Part shown: positions 14,354-23,773 of the stretch, piece by piece
Layout of the letters: each line of letters opens with the position of its first letter
Numbering within the stretch: position 1 is the stretch's first letter
IMG/VR virus record: IMGVR_UViG_3300025133_000030
Span: 64,001 to 128,000 of that record
Strand: one strand, 5' to 3'
From: a virus
Length of the DNA stretch: 64,000 nt
Notes under the pieces: generated by a model
The model's input: only the letters and a program-made list of their open reading frames with translations
Databases searched by the model: none
What the model was told of the DNA's origin: nothing
Translations under genes and position numbers: made by a program

Positions 14354-15352
14354 ATGAATGCTGATATTATTGTAGATCTTCAATATGGCGATTGCGGAAA
14401 GGGCAAAGTCGCTCACCATCTTTGCAAGTCTGGAAAATATACACATGTTGTACGCTATAACGGCGGCTGTAACGCTGGTCACACCATTTATCATGAGGGT
14501 AAAAAATTTGTTACGCATCACATTCCTTGTGGCGTCTTTTTTGGAATAAGATCGATCATCGGACCCGGGTGTGTCGTTAATGTTGATCAATTTTTCAAAG
14601 AAATAAAAGAATTAGAAGCTGCAGGTATAAACACCGCCGGTCTTGTTAAGATTGCAGCCAATACTCATGTCATTACAGACTTTCATATAAAACAAGATCA
14701 AAAAGATGAAGAAATAGGCACCACAAAAAGAGGAAACGGCCCTGCATATAGAGATAAATATGCTAGAAAGGGAGTACAAGCTCTGGAAGTGCCTGAACTT
14801 GACGAATATTTGATAGATATGTACGAGGAATTATACCACAACGATGATGTGAAAGAGGTCAATATACTATTTGAAGGAGCCCAAGGGTTTGGTCTTGACG
14901 TTGATTGGGGAGATTACCCCTATGTTACATCGAGCCACTGCACAGTCGGGGGAGCGATATTGAACGGAGTGCCGCCCAAATCAATAGAAGATGTATGGGG
15001 TGTTGCTAAAATATATGAAACTTATGTCGGAGCGAAACTGTTCGAAGGTATAGATGTTGCATTTGAAAAAATAAGAAATTATGGTGAAGAATATGGTGCA
15101 ACGACGGGAAGACCTAGACAGATTAATTGGATGGACTGGAGGTTGTTAAACCAAGCTATTGATATAAACGGAGTAAATAAGCTGATTATCAACAAACTTG
15201 ATGTGCTAGAAAAGGTTGGAGTATATAAAATATACGACGGCATAGAATTACTAGAATTTGACTCGATTGGCGATATGGAGTATTGGATTGCTGATAATTT
15301 AAAGTCTAAAGATGTTGAGATAATATTTTCACGAAACAAAGACGGTTTCTGA
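14354..15352 (+). CDS. purA: Adenylosuccinate synthetase (short form)
   Basis: QYGDCGKGK P-loop, NAGHT, IGTTKRGNGPAY, EGAQG, DYPYVTSS, EYGATTGRPR, NKLD. Confidence 0.92.
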   Translation: MNADIIVDLQYGDCGKGKVAHHLCKSGKYTHVVRYNGGCNAGHTIYHEGKKFVTHHIPCGVFFGIRSIIGPGCVVNVDQFFKEIKELEAAGINTAGLVKIAANTHVITDFHIKQDQKDEEIGTTKRGNGPAYRDKYARKGVQALEVPELDEYLIDMYEELYHNDDVKEVNILFEGAQGFGLDVDWGDYPYVTSSHCTVGGAILNGVPPKSIEDVWGVAKIYETYVGAKLFEGIDVAFEKIRNYGEEYGATTGRPRQINWMDWRLLNQAIDINGVNKLIINKLDVLEKVGVYKIYDGIELLEFDSIGDMEYWIADNLKSKDVEIIFSRNKDGF

Positions 15353-15395
15353 ACTAGTTATGTGAGTACTGGTGTATCTTTTTTGGGGGACTCAT

Positions 15396-16223
15396 ATGTC
15401 AACTTACCGAACTATTTTTGAAATTTTTGATAATTTTGTCAAAACCGAAGAACTTAAAGAAATAGAGAGAAGAGGAAGAAGAGAAAGAGGAAAAAAAACT
15501 CAAGGCCTTGAAGTCCTCGATGATATTGCTGGATCTAAATTAGGTTCGCCGGTGGCGGATCATCCAGATTGGAAAGATTTGTGGGCGGATATTTACACAT
15601 TAGCAGATAATGACCCTGTTGCAACAGACGGTGAAAAAGAAGAAGTAGCAAACCTTGCGGTAGCACATGCGCTGACCAAAGATATATCCCCAGAAGAATA
15701 TAAGAAGGAATATGTTAGCGCGCCCTCACCTAAAATGAATGATTTTACCAGCCAGCCCGGGACGGTCTCAGGATATGTCGACTCTCTTAAGAGTATATTA
15801 GCTTCTGGTGAAAATGACCTAGCAGCTACTGAAGATGAGCCTGAAGATGGAGACGTTGTTCCAGATTTCGACGACCCTCGATTTGACGGGGGAGAATCAG
15901 AAAGAGAACCAGAATCAGAGTCACCTTCGAGAGTGTCTGTACAGAACGATATATTAGATCCTCTTTCCAAGTCTTACCCGGGAGTATACGATCATTATTC
16001 CAACCTTATGCGTATGACAGGTAAAAAAGTGGTAGAGCCAACTGATGGCACCATCAGCACTAGAGATCTCGCGAATATTATCGGAAAGATTGCATCGCCA
16101 GAAGATACTGAAAAAATCGTAAAACTAGCAACGAACAAGAAGATCGTCGCCGAGCAAGCATTAAAAACTTATATAGAAATAATTTTGGAGAAGACACTCC
16201 GTGAGCGCAATAAAAACACTTAA
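15396..16223 (+). CDS. Acidic putative head-associated protein
   Basis: MSTYRTIFEIFDNFVKTEELKE N-terminus; CTAGTTA upstream. Confidence 0.6.
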   Translation: MSTYRTIFEIFDNFVKTEELKEIERRGRRERGKKTQGLEVLDDIAGSKLGSPVADHPDWKDLWADIYTLADNDPVATDGEKEEVANLAVAHALTKDISPEEYKKEYVSAPSPKMNDFTSQPGTVSGYVDSLKSILASGENDLAATEDEPEDGDVVPDFDDPRFDGGESEREPESESPSRVSVQNDILDPLSKSYPGVYDHYSNLMRMTGKKVVEPTDGTISTRDLANIIGKIASPEDTEKIVKLATNKKIVAEQALKTYIEIILEKTLRERNKNT

Positions 16224-18834
16224 ATACCTAAAAGATAGTCTCTTATCTCATTGTCAAGAACAATTGAACATCAAAGAGGTGCCTCACATTTCTTTTGTTG
16301 AGGATATTAATAATGCAGAAAATATATTAGGGAAAACTGCCTACTATGATCCAAACAATAGCGAAATAACAGTATTTGTAACCAACAGGCACCCAAAAGA
16401 TATCTTCAGATCTGTTGCTCACGAGATAGTTCACCATGAACAAAACGAAAGAGGCGAAATGGACCCAGAGCTTGTCGGAGAGTATGGAGAAGGATATGCT
16501 CAAACTAATAAACATCTTAGAAACCTAGAAAAGGAAGCTTATTTAGTTGGTAATATACTGTTTAGAGACTGGGAAGATAAAATAAAAAAGGACAACCACA
16601 CAGCTATGAGAGAGACCCCGATGGTTAACCCAAAAAATCTTTTAATGGAAGGCGGAGCTGCAGGGCATATGAGGCACCCTTTTGATTTACCGTCTGTGAA
16701 GACTGGTCAAGATCTTATCGAATTTTTCGAAAAAGCCGCAAACTACGTAAAAGAAAACCCAGCTAGTGTTAAAATTGATGGTGTCAATGTCAGCTTTAAA
16801 CTCGTGGAGGGCCCTTCCGGCAAGGAATTCGCAGTTGATCGAGGGAGTTTGAAACCAATCGACATAGAGGGAATAACTTTAGATAGATTGGGGGAGAGAT
16901 TTCCAGAAGGTCACGGTATGCGTGACGCTGTGGGGACTCTTTTATCTATATTCAATAAGGCAATACCGGATATACAAAGAGAGTTAAAAGAATTAGGAAT
17001 GTGGGATGATCCCACAAGATTTTTCAATACTGAGTATGTATCAAAAACGACCAATGTTACAGAATATGATCACAATTTCTTAGCTATTCATGGTATTAAT
17101 CAATTTTACCAAAAGAAGCATTCAAGATCTGGAGCCGTTCGGCCGGGACTACACAGGCCAGATGGATTAAAGGACCCATCAACTGAAGTGGAATATTCTC
17201 CCGATGTGTTGAGTAGATTAATAAGCAAAGTTGCTCCCATTGCTAAATCTGCAGATTTTGAAGTATATAGTGATATACCAACATCTGCAATAGAAGACGA
17301 AAAAATTGATATGTCATCCGGACTAAAAGACGCGCTTAATCAAAATTTCTCTATAATAGGTCGCGATAATGCATACGAGAACAGTCTCGGAACTTGGCTG
17401 GCTTCTGCAGAGAATCCCGTTGATGAAAAAGTTATGTTAAAAGATGGTCGCAAAGTCGGAGCCTTATCTAAGTTAGTTTATACTGAAGTCTTGGGTGGTA
17501 CATCATTATTTGATTTATTGGCTGACGAGGATGATGTCAAATCAGCTATTGACGGTGCAGTCTTTTACCATGCCACAAGGATGTTGGGAAATGTGATTTT
17601 AAGGGCCCTAACAAGCGCTCTGGGGGACGTTGTCGACCACGAGGGGGTAGTACTAAGGGACGTCTCCTTATTTGGTCCAGCGCCTGTTAAAATCACTGGT
17701 GAATTTATACTCGGAGGCATGGCAACGGGATTCAGAGAATCTTTGGAGCTTAACGAGGCATTAAGCCCTCCGGTTGAACCGAAAATATCTGGCCACATAC
17801 TGATGATACCCGGAGGATTCAAGCCGCCCCATAAAGGCCACCTAAGCATGATCCAGCAAGCTATCGATTCGGCAGACCCAAATCCATCCAAAGTTGTTAT
17901 ATTTACAGGTGAGAGCGCGCGTGGGAATTTTACACTTCAACAGACCCTTAAGGTTTTGCCTATCTTTTTTGAAGCAGCAGGAATGAAAGGGTTTGATATA
18001 TCGGTTGTACCGGTTGGCGAAGAAACAATGGAAGACATGTATGGCCAACCTAAGGTGTATGCCTCAAACAAGGCGAATATAAAGAAAGGCCGTGTAGGAA
18101 AGCCAATGACAACTCCTAGCCCAATGAATGCGATGATAAAATATGCATTGAATCCTAGAGAAGTTCCTGACAACTATAAGGTCTCTGTAGCTTTTAGTGC
18201 TGACGACCCCCAACACGGAAATACTGTAGAGGTGATTAAGAATTTCGCAGAAGCCAGAGGCAGAATGATTCATTCTCAAGCCATCGTATTGGACCGCGTT
18301 GCTGATGAAGAATTAACAAAAGTTTCTGGGAAGCTGCAAAAAGTTAGCTCTAGTAGTCTTCGGCCGGCAATTGAAAACGGAGATTTTGAAAAATTTAAAA
18401 CTTTCATGCCTAGAGAGCTTGAAGAAGAAGATATAGAATATATCTGGACTGATATTTATGGTAAAGATATGCCCGAACCAGAGGAGGATTCCGCTCCCTT
18501 GACTTTTGAGGGTCTTTTTGGTTTGGTGGGTTCATTGTTAGAAGAAGATTTTCAATCAAAAATGAAAAAAAGACTAAAAAAAGCTCACGAAGACCTGCTC
18601 GATGGTGGACCCCAAAAAAAGGGAAACTACGGAGAAAAAAGAGGCGGATATCCCACATCTAACGCCTTCGTAGCAAAGGAAAATCAAGATCAAGACGAGG
18701 AAACAGTCGAAGAAACTAGCTCAATGGGCGGCGGCAATGTTCATATTGGCGCTGGGTCTTTTATTGAGTTTACTGATAAAGATAACGAAGAGCACAAAAA
18801 GACTGTTCAAAAGAAAAATAAGAAAACTAATTAA
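16201..18834 (+). CDS. Multidomain protein: HExxH peptidase, ligase-like nucleotidyltransferase and HxGH nucleotidyltransferase
   Basis: AHEIVHHEQ; KIDG, FNTEYV, EGVVLR and PVKITG ligase-type motifs; PGGFKPPHKGH. Confidence 0.7.
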   Translation: MSAIKTLKYLKDSLLSHCQEQLNIKEVPHISFVEDINNAENILGKTAYYDPNNSEITVFVTNRHPKDIFRSVAHEIVHHEQNERGEMDPELVGEYGEGYAQTNKHLRNLEKEAYLVGNILFRDWEDKIKKDNHTAMRETPMVNPKNLLMEGGAAGHMRHPFDLPSVKTGQDLIEFFEKAANYVKENPASVKIDGVNVSFKLVEGPSGKEFAVDRGSLKPIDIEGITLDRLGERFPEGHGMRDAVGTLLSIFNKAIPDIQRELKELGMWDDPTRFFNTEYVSKTTNVTEYDHNFLAIHGINQFYQKKHSRSGAVRPGLHRPDGLKDPSTEVEYSPDVLSRLISKVAPIAKSADFEVYSDIPTSAIEDEKIDMSSGLKDALNQNFSIIGRDNAYENSLGTWLASAENPVDEKVMLKDGRKVGALSKLVYTEVLGGTSLFDLLADEDDVKSAIDGAVFYHATRMLGNVILRALTSALGDVVDHEGVVLRDVSLFGPAPVKITGEFILGGMATGFRESLELNEALSPPVEPKISGHILMIPGGFKPPHKGHLSMIQQAIDSADPNPSKVVIFTGESARGNFTLQQTLKVLPIFFEAAGMKGFDISVVPVGEETMEDMYGQPKVYASNKANIKKGRVGKPMTTPSPMNAMIKYALNPREVPDNYKVSVAFSADDPQHGNTVEVIKNFAEARGRMIHSQAIVLDRVADEELTKVSGKLQKVSSSSLRPAIENGDFEKFKTFMPRELEEEDIEYIWTDIYGKDMPEPEEDSAPLTFEGLFGLVGSLLEEDFQSKMKKRLKKAHEDLLDGGPQKKGNYGEKRGGYPTSNAFVAKENQDQDEETVEETSSMGGGNVHIGAGSFIEFTDKDNEEHKKTVQKKNKKTN

Positions 18835-18856
18835 ACTAGAATTTGGAGATGAATAT

Positions 18857-19819
18857 ATGTCGTCTAGAGAACAATTTGCCGACGAAATAGCCCTCAGGGA
18901 AAACATACGTAAAATCATTGGCATTTCAAGAAATCGTAAAAACAAAGCCACGAGAGATATTATAATCAGTGAATTAAATCTTCGTTGCGCATTGCAGGAT
19001 CTCATCTTCCAAGAAACGGTAGGATTACTAAAAGAGGGTGATAAGAAATTATACCCAAATACTGGTTTAAATAAATTATCTGATGCTTTTGCTCTAACAA
19101 TTGAGAAGATTGGTGATAAATATAAAGCACTTCAAACTAATGACATACAGAGGAGAGCTTTCGTGGTACATTTGGAAGCAGCTTTTTCCAACCTTGAAAG
19201 TCAATTAATCAATCAAGATGCTGCAGCTGATGAAGCCGAGCAAGATCTACAAGAAGAGGACGAAATGACTGTCAAGGTTGAAAAGGAGCCATTCCTTTTC
19301 AACAAAGCGGAAGAAGAGCCAGATCCAGAACCGGAAGAGACCTCTCCTTCTATTGATGGCAAAAGAGGGCCTGAACTCAAGAAAGAGATTCAAAAGTTCT
19401 TTCAAGAAGTCTCACCCACAGGTGAAAATATTGACGATTGGCAAGAAGGTAGAGAAAGAGCTGAGGAAGCTTGGGCTGAAAACGGTTGGGCTTTTGCTGA
19501 GTATTTTCCTAGATCAAAAGATGACCAAAGCATGTTTATAAAGTGGCGCAAAGAAAACTTCAAGGAGTTTTACAAGACATGGGAAGACGAAATAGCCGGC
19601 CCTGAAACTGTTGGATTAGATATAGATAACAGCACACCAGAGCCTGAAATTTCATCAGAGCTGCCTCCAGCAGGCCTCGGTGATCAAGAAGTTTTCTCTG
19701 AGGATGGGATAGGATCAATGCCATCTCCCATATATGATGATACCGAATTCCGAGAAGATGTAGAGGCCTTCATAGCAGAGGAGGAGGACTTCGATTCCTT
19801 CTTATCGAGAATCTTTTAA
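18857..19819 (+). CDS. Acidic putative head-associated protein
   Basis: GGAG SD before ATG 18857; EIALRENIRKII and LLKEG motifs; acidic Pro-rich tail. Confidence 0.6.
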   Translation: MSSREQFADEIALRENIRKIIGISRNRKNKATRDIIISELNLRCALQDLIFQETVGLLKEGDKKLYPNTGLNKLSDAFALTIEKIGDKYKALQTNDIQRRAFVVHLEAAFSNLESQLINQDAAADEAEQDLQEEDEMTVKVEKEPFLFNKAEEEPDPEPEETSPSIDGKRGPELKKEIQKFFQEVSPTGENIDDWQEGRERAEEAWAENGWAFAEYFPRSKDDQSMFIKWRKENFKEFYKTWEDEIAGPETVGLDIDNSTPEPEISSELPPAGLGDQEVFSEDGIGSMPSPIYDDTEFREDVEAFIAEEEDFDSFLSRIF

Positions 19820-19873
19820 AAAATATCTTGAATTCATAATCGATATATGATATGTTATATACCTGAAGTATGA

Positions 19874-20236
19874 ATGGTTATGATCAAAAAGAAGATTCCA
19901 GACTATAATAAAGGTAGAAACCACTACCAAAGTATATCTAAAAAACTAAGAAAAGAAAAAAAGATAGATACAAACTTTGAAGTTAAATTTTCTAGTCTAA
20001 CATTAGAAGAAATTATAGCTCTTAAGTTAGAATTGTCTGCCAGCATGGTAAGAGGTAAATTGTTTGGCCTACCTATAGCTTCAAATATCAATACCCTAAT
20101 TAAAGATTCCTTAATTAAATTTGCCCTCTCAGCTACAAATTCCCATAAAGAGGCCGCTAATCTTTTAGGTTTATCAGTTAGAGAATTAAAGCGCTTTATA
20201 AAAAAATATAAAGTAAATGAATATTTAGATCCCTAA
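19874..20236 (+). CDS. Protein with C-terminal Fis-type HTH
   Basis: ALSATNSHKEAANLLGLSVRELKRFIKKY; TTGAAT-17 bp-TATGTT promoter at 19828-19856. Confidence 0.65.
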   Translation: MVMIKKKIPDYNKGRNHYQSISKKLRKEKKIDTNFEVKFSSLTLEEIIALKLELSASMVRGKLFGLPIASNINTLIKDSLIKFALSATNSHKEAANLLGLSVRELKRFIKKYKVNEYLDP

Positions 20237-20264
20237 TTATAGTTATACTTAGGAGAGATTCATT

Positions 20265-20360
20265 ATGAAAAAATTAATACATAAATCAGTTACATTGTTA
20301 GATTCAGAGCATTGCTGCAGCTGTTGCGGATGTTGTGCATGCGAAAGTGGCTGCTGTTAA
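20265..20360 (+). CDS. Cys-rich 31-aa peptide (metallothionein-like or RiPP-precursor-like)
   Basis: AGGAG SD; MKKLIHKSVTLLDSEHCCSCCGCCACESGCC*. Confidence 0.65.
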   Translation: MKKLIHKSVTLLDSEHCCSCCGCCACESGCC

Positions 20361-20371
20361 AGGAGAAGAAG

Positions 20372-20488
20372 ATGCCAAAATTTTATGGACAAAATAAAAA
20401 ACGAATAGATCCAAGGTATTTCTTAAATGAAACGCAAACCATCAAGCCATTGATAAACCGCCGCAACCTTGCTGGACCACGAAGGTAA
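20372..20488 (+). CDS. Small basic peptide (38 aa)
   Basis: AGGAG SD; MPKFYGQNKKRIDPRYFLNETQ... Confidence 0.5.
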   Translation: MPKFYGQNKKRIDPRYFLNETQTIKPLINRRNLAGPRR

Positions 20489-20599
20489 TTTTCCGCGAGA
20501 CCGGTCATGGACAAGTCCGTCGACTGCCACCGCGGTGGGTCAAGATTTCGAGGCGCCTCGCCCTAGGTTGCCCCGATCGGGATTCCTCGACTAAAACTC

Positions 20600-20628
20600 T
20601 TGATCAATAAAGATTTTTATGCTATATT
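20600..20628 (+). promoter_or_regulatory. Sigma70-type promoter of tmRNA
   Basis: TTGATC-17 bp-TATATT with extended -10, 11 bp before the tmRNA 5' end. Confidence 0.65.
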
Positions 20629-20639
20629 TAAAAAATAAT

Positions 20640-20943
20640 GGGGGTGAACAGGTATCGACAGGGTAAGGATAATAATACGTGCAAGGCTGTGTGAGTGAGG
20701 ACACAGTAAAAACACTCAAAACTATAAATGCCAATGATAACATTGAAATTTTCGAGGACTTTGCGCTTGCCGCATAGTTCTTGAGGAGGTTTCCAGATAC
20801 CTTCTTAATCGAACATCTGGATTTGTTATATTTTGTGATATATTTGGTGCTCAATGGCTGTCTAGGGCCAGATCTAGACTAATCTTGTGAATGACGTGTT
20901 ATTTGAGATGTTCTGGACGCGGGTTCGACTCCCGCCACCTCCA
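20640..20943 (+). ncRNA. ssrA: tmRNA, tag peptide ANDNIEIFEDFALAA (20730-20777)
   Basis: 5' GGGGGTG...TCGAC; 3' GCGGGTTCGACTCCCGCCACCTCCA T-arm and acceptor stem with G3-U; ATAAAT before the resume codon GCC; ALAA* end; CCA not encoded. Confidence 0.95.
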
Positions 20944-21059
20944 CTAGTTTTAAAACTCCAAAAAATGTTCCGTTACCATACGTGTCAAATAGTTTTGGTT
21001 GCATATACGTTCTTCGATCTGTTTTTGTTTCTGAGGGAGATTAAATTATACAGTATATA

Positions 21060-21377
21060 ATGATACAATTGAATATGATCAATATATTATTAAGCATTAT
21101 GCTACTTGCTCCCGTGACCGCAACTTACCAATCGACCAAAGCCAAGGTTGTGCAAAACAAGAAACAAAAACAAAAACCTCGCCGATTAAAGAAGCGCTCT
21201 TATTACAAGAAATATAAGAATCGCAAACACAAAACAAGAAAAGTTTATCATCGAGCAAAGCCAAAACCCAAAGCAGTCAAACCAAAGCAGATCAAGAAAG
21301 CAATAAAAAGAAAACCCAATGAATACAATCGCATGATTGATCTCTGGGTGATTGATGTACTCAACAATAAATTGTAG
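21060..21377 (+). CDS. Signal-peptide-bearing, very basic (K/R-rich) protein
   Basis: Hydrophobic N-terminus followed by KKQKQKPRRLKKR... Confidence 0.55.
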   Translation: MIQLNMINILLSIMLLAPVTATYQSTKAKVVQNKKQKQKPRRLKKRSYYKKYKNRKHKTRKVYHRAKPKPKAVKPKQIKKAIKRKPNEYNRMIDLWVIDVLNNKL

Positions 21378-21452
21378 CTTCTATTACTCCACCTCCATCA
21401 AATTATCACACAACTGTTACGTATTTATGGGAAGAGTATATCTACATATAAT

Positions 21453-21743
21453 ATGAAACAGTTTTTGTTTATATTGTTGCTGCTCTTTTCTATTCCTGCA
21501 GCCAGTCATCCAAAATTTTGGTTTTCTAATAAAGCCGAGATAGGTTTTGGTAAAGTTTTTATCAACGAGACTGTGACTGTAAAAGAGGGTATTTTCACAA
21601 AAAATAGACTCGCGACCGGCCTAAAATTTAAAGTGTCTGATACTATCAGATATAAAACCTTCTATCTTCTAGAAAATAAACGGAAAAATAACTGGGCAAA
21701 AGACCACTTCCTAGGGGCTATGCTTGAGTTTAGACTTAAATGA
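21453..21743 (+). CDS. Secreted small beta-strand protein, outer-membrane-barrel-like fragment
   Basis: Signal peptide ending PAAS; alternating strands NRLATGLKFKV, YKTFYLLE, HFLGAMLEFRL. Confidence 0.5.
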   Translation: MKQFLFILLLLFSIPAASHPKFWFSNKAEIGFGKVFINETVTVKEGIFTKNRLATGLKFKVSDTIRYKTFYLLENKRKNNWAKDHFLGAMLEFRLK

Positions 21744-21789
21744 GCGACCACAGTTAGGTTTTTTTCATTCTTTGGTGACTAATTAAGGT

Positions 21790-23478
21790 ATGTCAAGATC
21801 ACATATACATGGCAAACAGATAAAAGATGATTCAATTGGGTCGGCGGATATAGCCACCGGATCTATTAAGGCTAGCGAACTACACGCAGAAGCCATTTCT
21901 GGCCAAACAATCATAACATCAACAGACACTTCGAATGATTATCTTTTAATTTTTGATGCAACGGACAGTACACTAAAAAAAGTGGCTGTGACTCATCTAG
22001 GTTTGGGAGGAAGTGGAATTTCACACGATGGCAGCACAGCAGACGGCGTTCTTACATATAAAGATTCGGACGAAGCCACCGTTGAATCTAATCTTACCTT
22101 TGATGGTTCTACCTTAACAGTTGCTGGTGATATATTGGTCAATCAATATATCAAACACGGCGGCGATGAAAATACGCTCATCAATTTTGCTGATGATAAA
22201 ATAATCCTCAAGGCGGGTGGTAAGGCATTCCTTACCTTAGAGGAAAAAGGTTCTGCACCCCACGAAATTACACTTAATGACGGAGCCAACAATATTGACT
22301 TTGTTATTAAGGGGAATGGTTCCAATGCAGGCAACCCCGGGGTGATGTTTGATGCATCTAATAACAGGCTAGGAATCAATGGAGTAGGTACTCCCTCTTA
22401 TGAACTAGATGTTGCTGGTGATATTGGACTTAATGAGTATATTTACCATAAAGGTGATGATGACACTTTTGTTCGATTTGAAACCAACAATATTAGTCTA
22501 TCAGCCGGCGGCACCGCAATGACTTATGATGGAACAGACTTAACTGTTCCGGGTGCTAGCAGTATTTATGTAGACAAAATAAGACGAGCATCAGATAGTA
22601 GTACTACTACAAAGATACTTCTCAATGACGAAGCAATTAAGTTATATGCCGGGCACTCATCAGACAACATCTGCACTATAGATTCCACTGGGCTAAAAAT
22701 AGACAATGGTAGTTTAGAGACGGCGACGATAGATTACACAGATGGCGACCTGTCTATGACCATCGCCGATGGGGGCAAGGTTACGTTTGCAGCCGGCTTT
22801 GACGTCGGATCCGATGCCGCTGGTGATATATTGTATCACAACGGCACCAGCTATGTTCGACTAGCTAAAGGTTCAGCAGATCAGGTATTAACTATGAATG
22901 ATGCAGCTACAGCGCCCAATTGGGAAACCACGTCCGGTGGTTCTTCAAACGAATATTTTCATTTTCACATTTCTGGCAGAGTTAAAAACTCTTCAACTAC
23001 GGGCCCCGTTGGGCATCTCGCCTACCCTTATAGTGCAAACGAATCAGATTGGTCTTATTCGATGGCTTCAATTATTTCAAGTTATTCGGACGGAGATGCA
23101 ACTTTTGTAGGCAGCTATGTTAATGCGATGTTGTATTGGACTATTGGTGTTGCTCCTGCGGCGATGGCTTTGACGTCTGCCCGCGTTGCTTATTATATGG
23201 CTAACGATAATATGACGGATGATTATATATGGGAGATTTGGAAAGCCACGCCTACAGATGGAACTTCATATAGCACGACTTTGACTTGGACCAGAATCGG
23301 CTCTTTAGATCATGGCGGAGATCCTGCTGCCACAACATTTTATGCAGCCAATGATACTTTTTCATCTGGAAACGACGTGGCTGCAGGGGACTTAATTGGC
23401 TTGACCGTTAGAAACGGCGATAGTTATACTAACAAATATCACGGATTCCACTTAGCAATGAGATTTACATATTCATGA
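21790..23478 (+). CDS. Tail/whisker fibre-like virion protein
   Basis: Gly/Thr/Asp-rich beta composition; internal repeat VAGDI..N.YI.H.GD..T...F....I.L.AGG twice; RLGING.GTPSYELDVAG fibre motif. Confidence 0.7.
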   Translation: MSRSHIHGKQIKDDSIGSADIATGSIKASELHAEAISGQTIITSTDTSNDYLLIFDATDSTLKKVAVTHLGLGGSGISHDGSTADGVLTYKDSDEATVESNLTFDGSTLTVAGDILVNQYIKHGGDENTLINFADDKIILKAGGKAFLTLEEKGSAPHEITLNDGANNIDFVIKGNGSNAGNPGVMFDASNNRLGINGVGTPSYELDVAGDIGLNEYIYHKGDDDTFVRFETNNISLSAGGTAMTYDGTDLTVPGASSIYVDKIRRASDSSTTTKILLNDEAIKLYAGHSSDNICTIDSTGLKIDNGSLETATIDYTDGDLSMTIADGGKVTFAAGFDVGSDAAGDILYHNGTSYVRLAKGSADQVLTMNDAATAPNWETTSGGSSNEYFHFHISGRVKNSSTTGPVGHLAYPYSANESDWSYSMASIISSYSDGDATFVGSYVNAMLYWTIGVAPAAMALTSARVAYYMANDNMTDDYIWEIWKATPTDGTSYSTTLTWTRIGSLDHGGDPAATTFYAANDTFSSGNDVAAGDLIGLTVRNGDSYTNKYHGFHLAMRFTYS

Positions 23479-23494
23479 GAGGGTTGACTTAATA

Positions 23495-23740
23495 ATGATT
23501 ACTGGCAAGATTTATTCTAATGGATATTGGGACGGCCTCGAAGCTATATTTTTAAAAGACGACCCATCCCATCCCGGCTGGGTTTATGTTTTGGCCATGG
23601 AGCTACCTGACAGTTCAATATCTATAAATCATGCAATCGGTTCGAGAACTCTTTGTTTTCATGCTAAAATCGAAGCAGATACTCCAACTATACCTGAACT
23701 TGAAAACATTTCGTATATGGTTTATGTGAAAAAAACCTGA
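23495..23740 (+). CDS. Hypothetical protein
   Basis: GAGGG SD, 81 aa. Confidence 0.55.
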   Translation: MITGKIYSNGYWDGLEAIFLKDDPSHPGWVYVLAMELPDSSISINHAIGSRTLCFHAKIEADTPTIPELENISYMVYVKKT

Positions 23741-23773
23741 AAATGGACGAAGAATTTAAAAATTTGTTGAACA

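Noticed and set aside
14354-15352. PurZ (Z-genome) assignment
   Set aside because: The catalytic Asp (GDCGKG) and the TTGRPR loop are PurA-type; no datZ or mazZ neighbours are seen.
20489-20592. GC-rich patch before tmRNA as a separate ncRNA
   Set aside because: No convincing long helices or family motif found by eye; it may be a frameshifted remnant of the 20372 gene.
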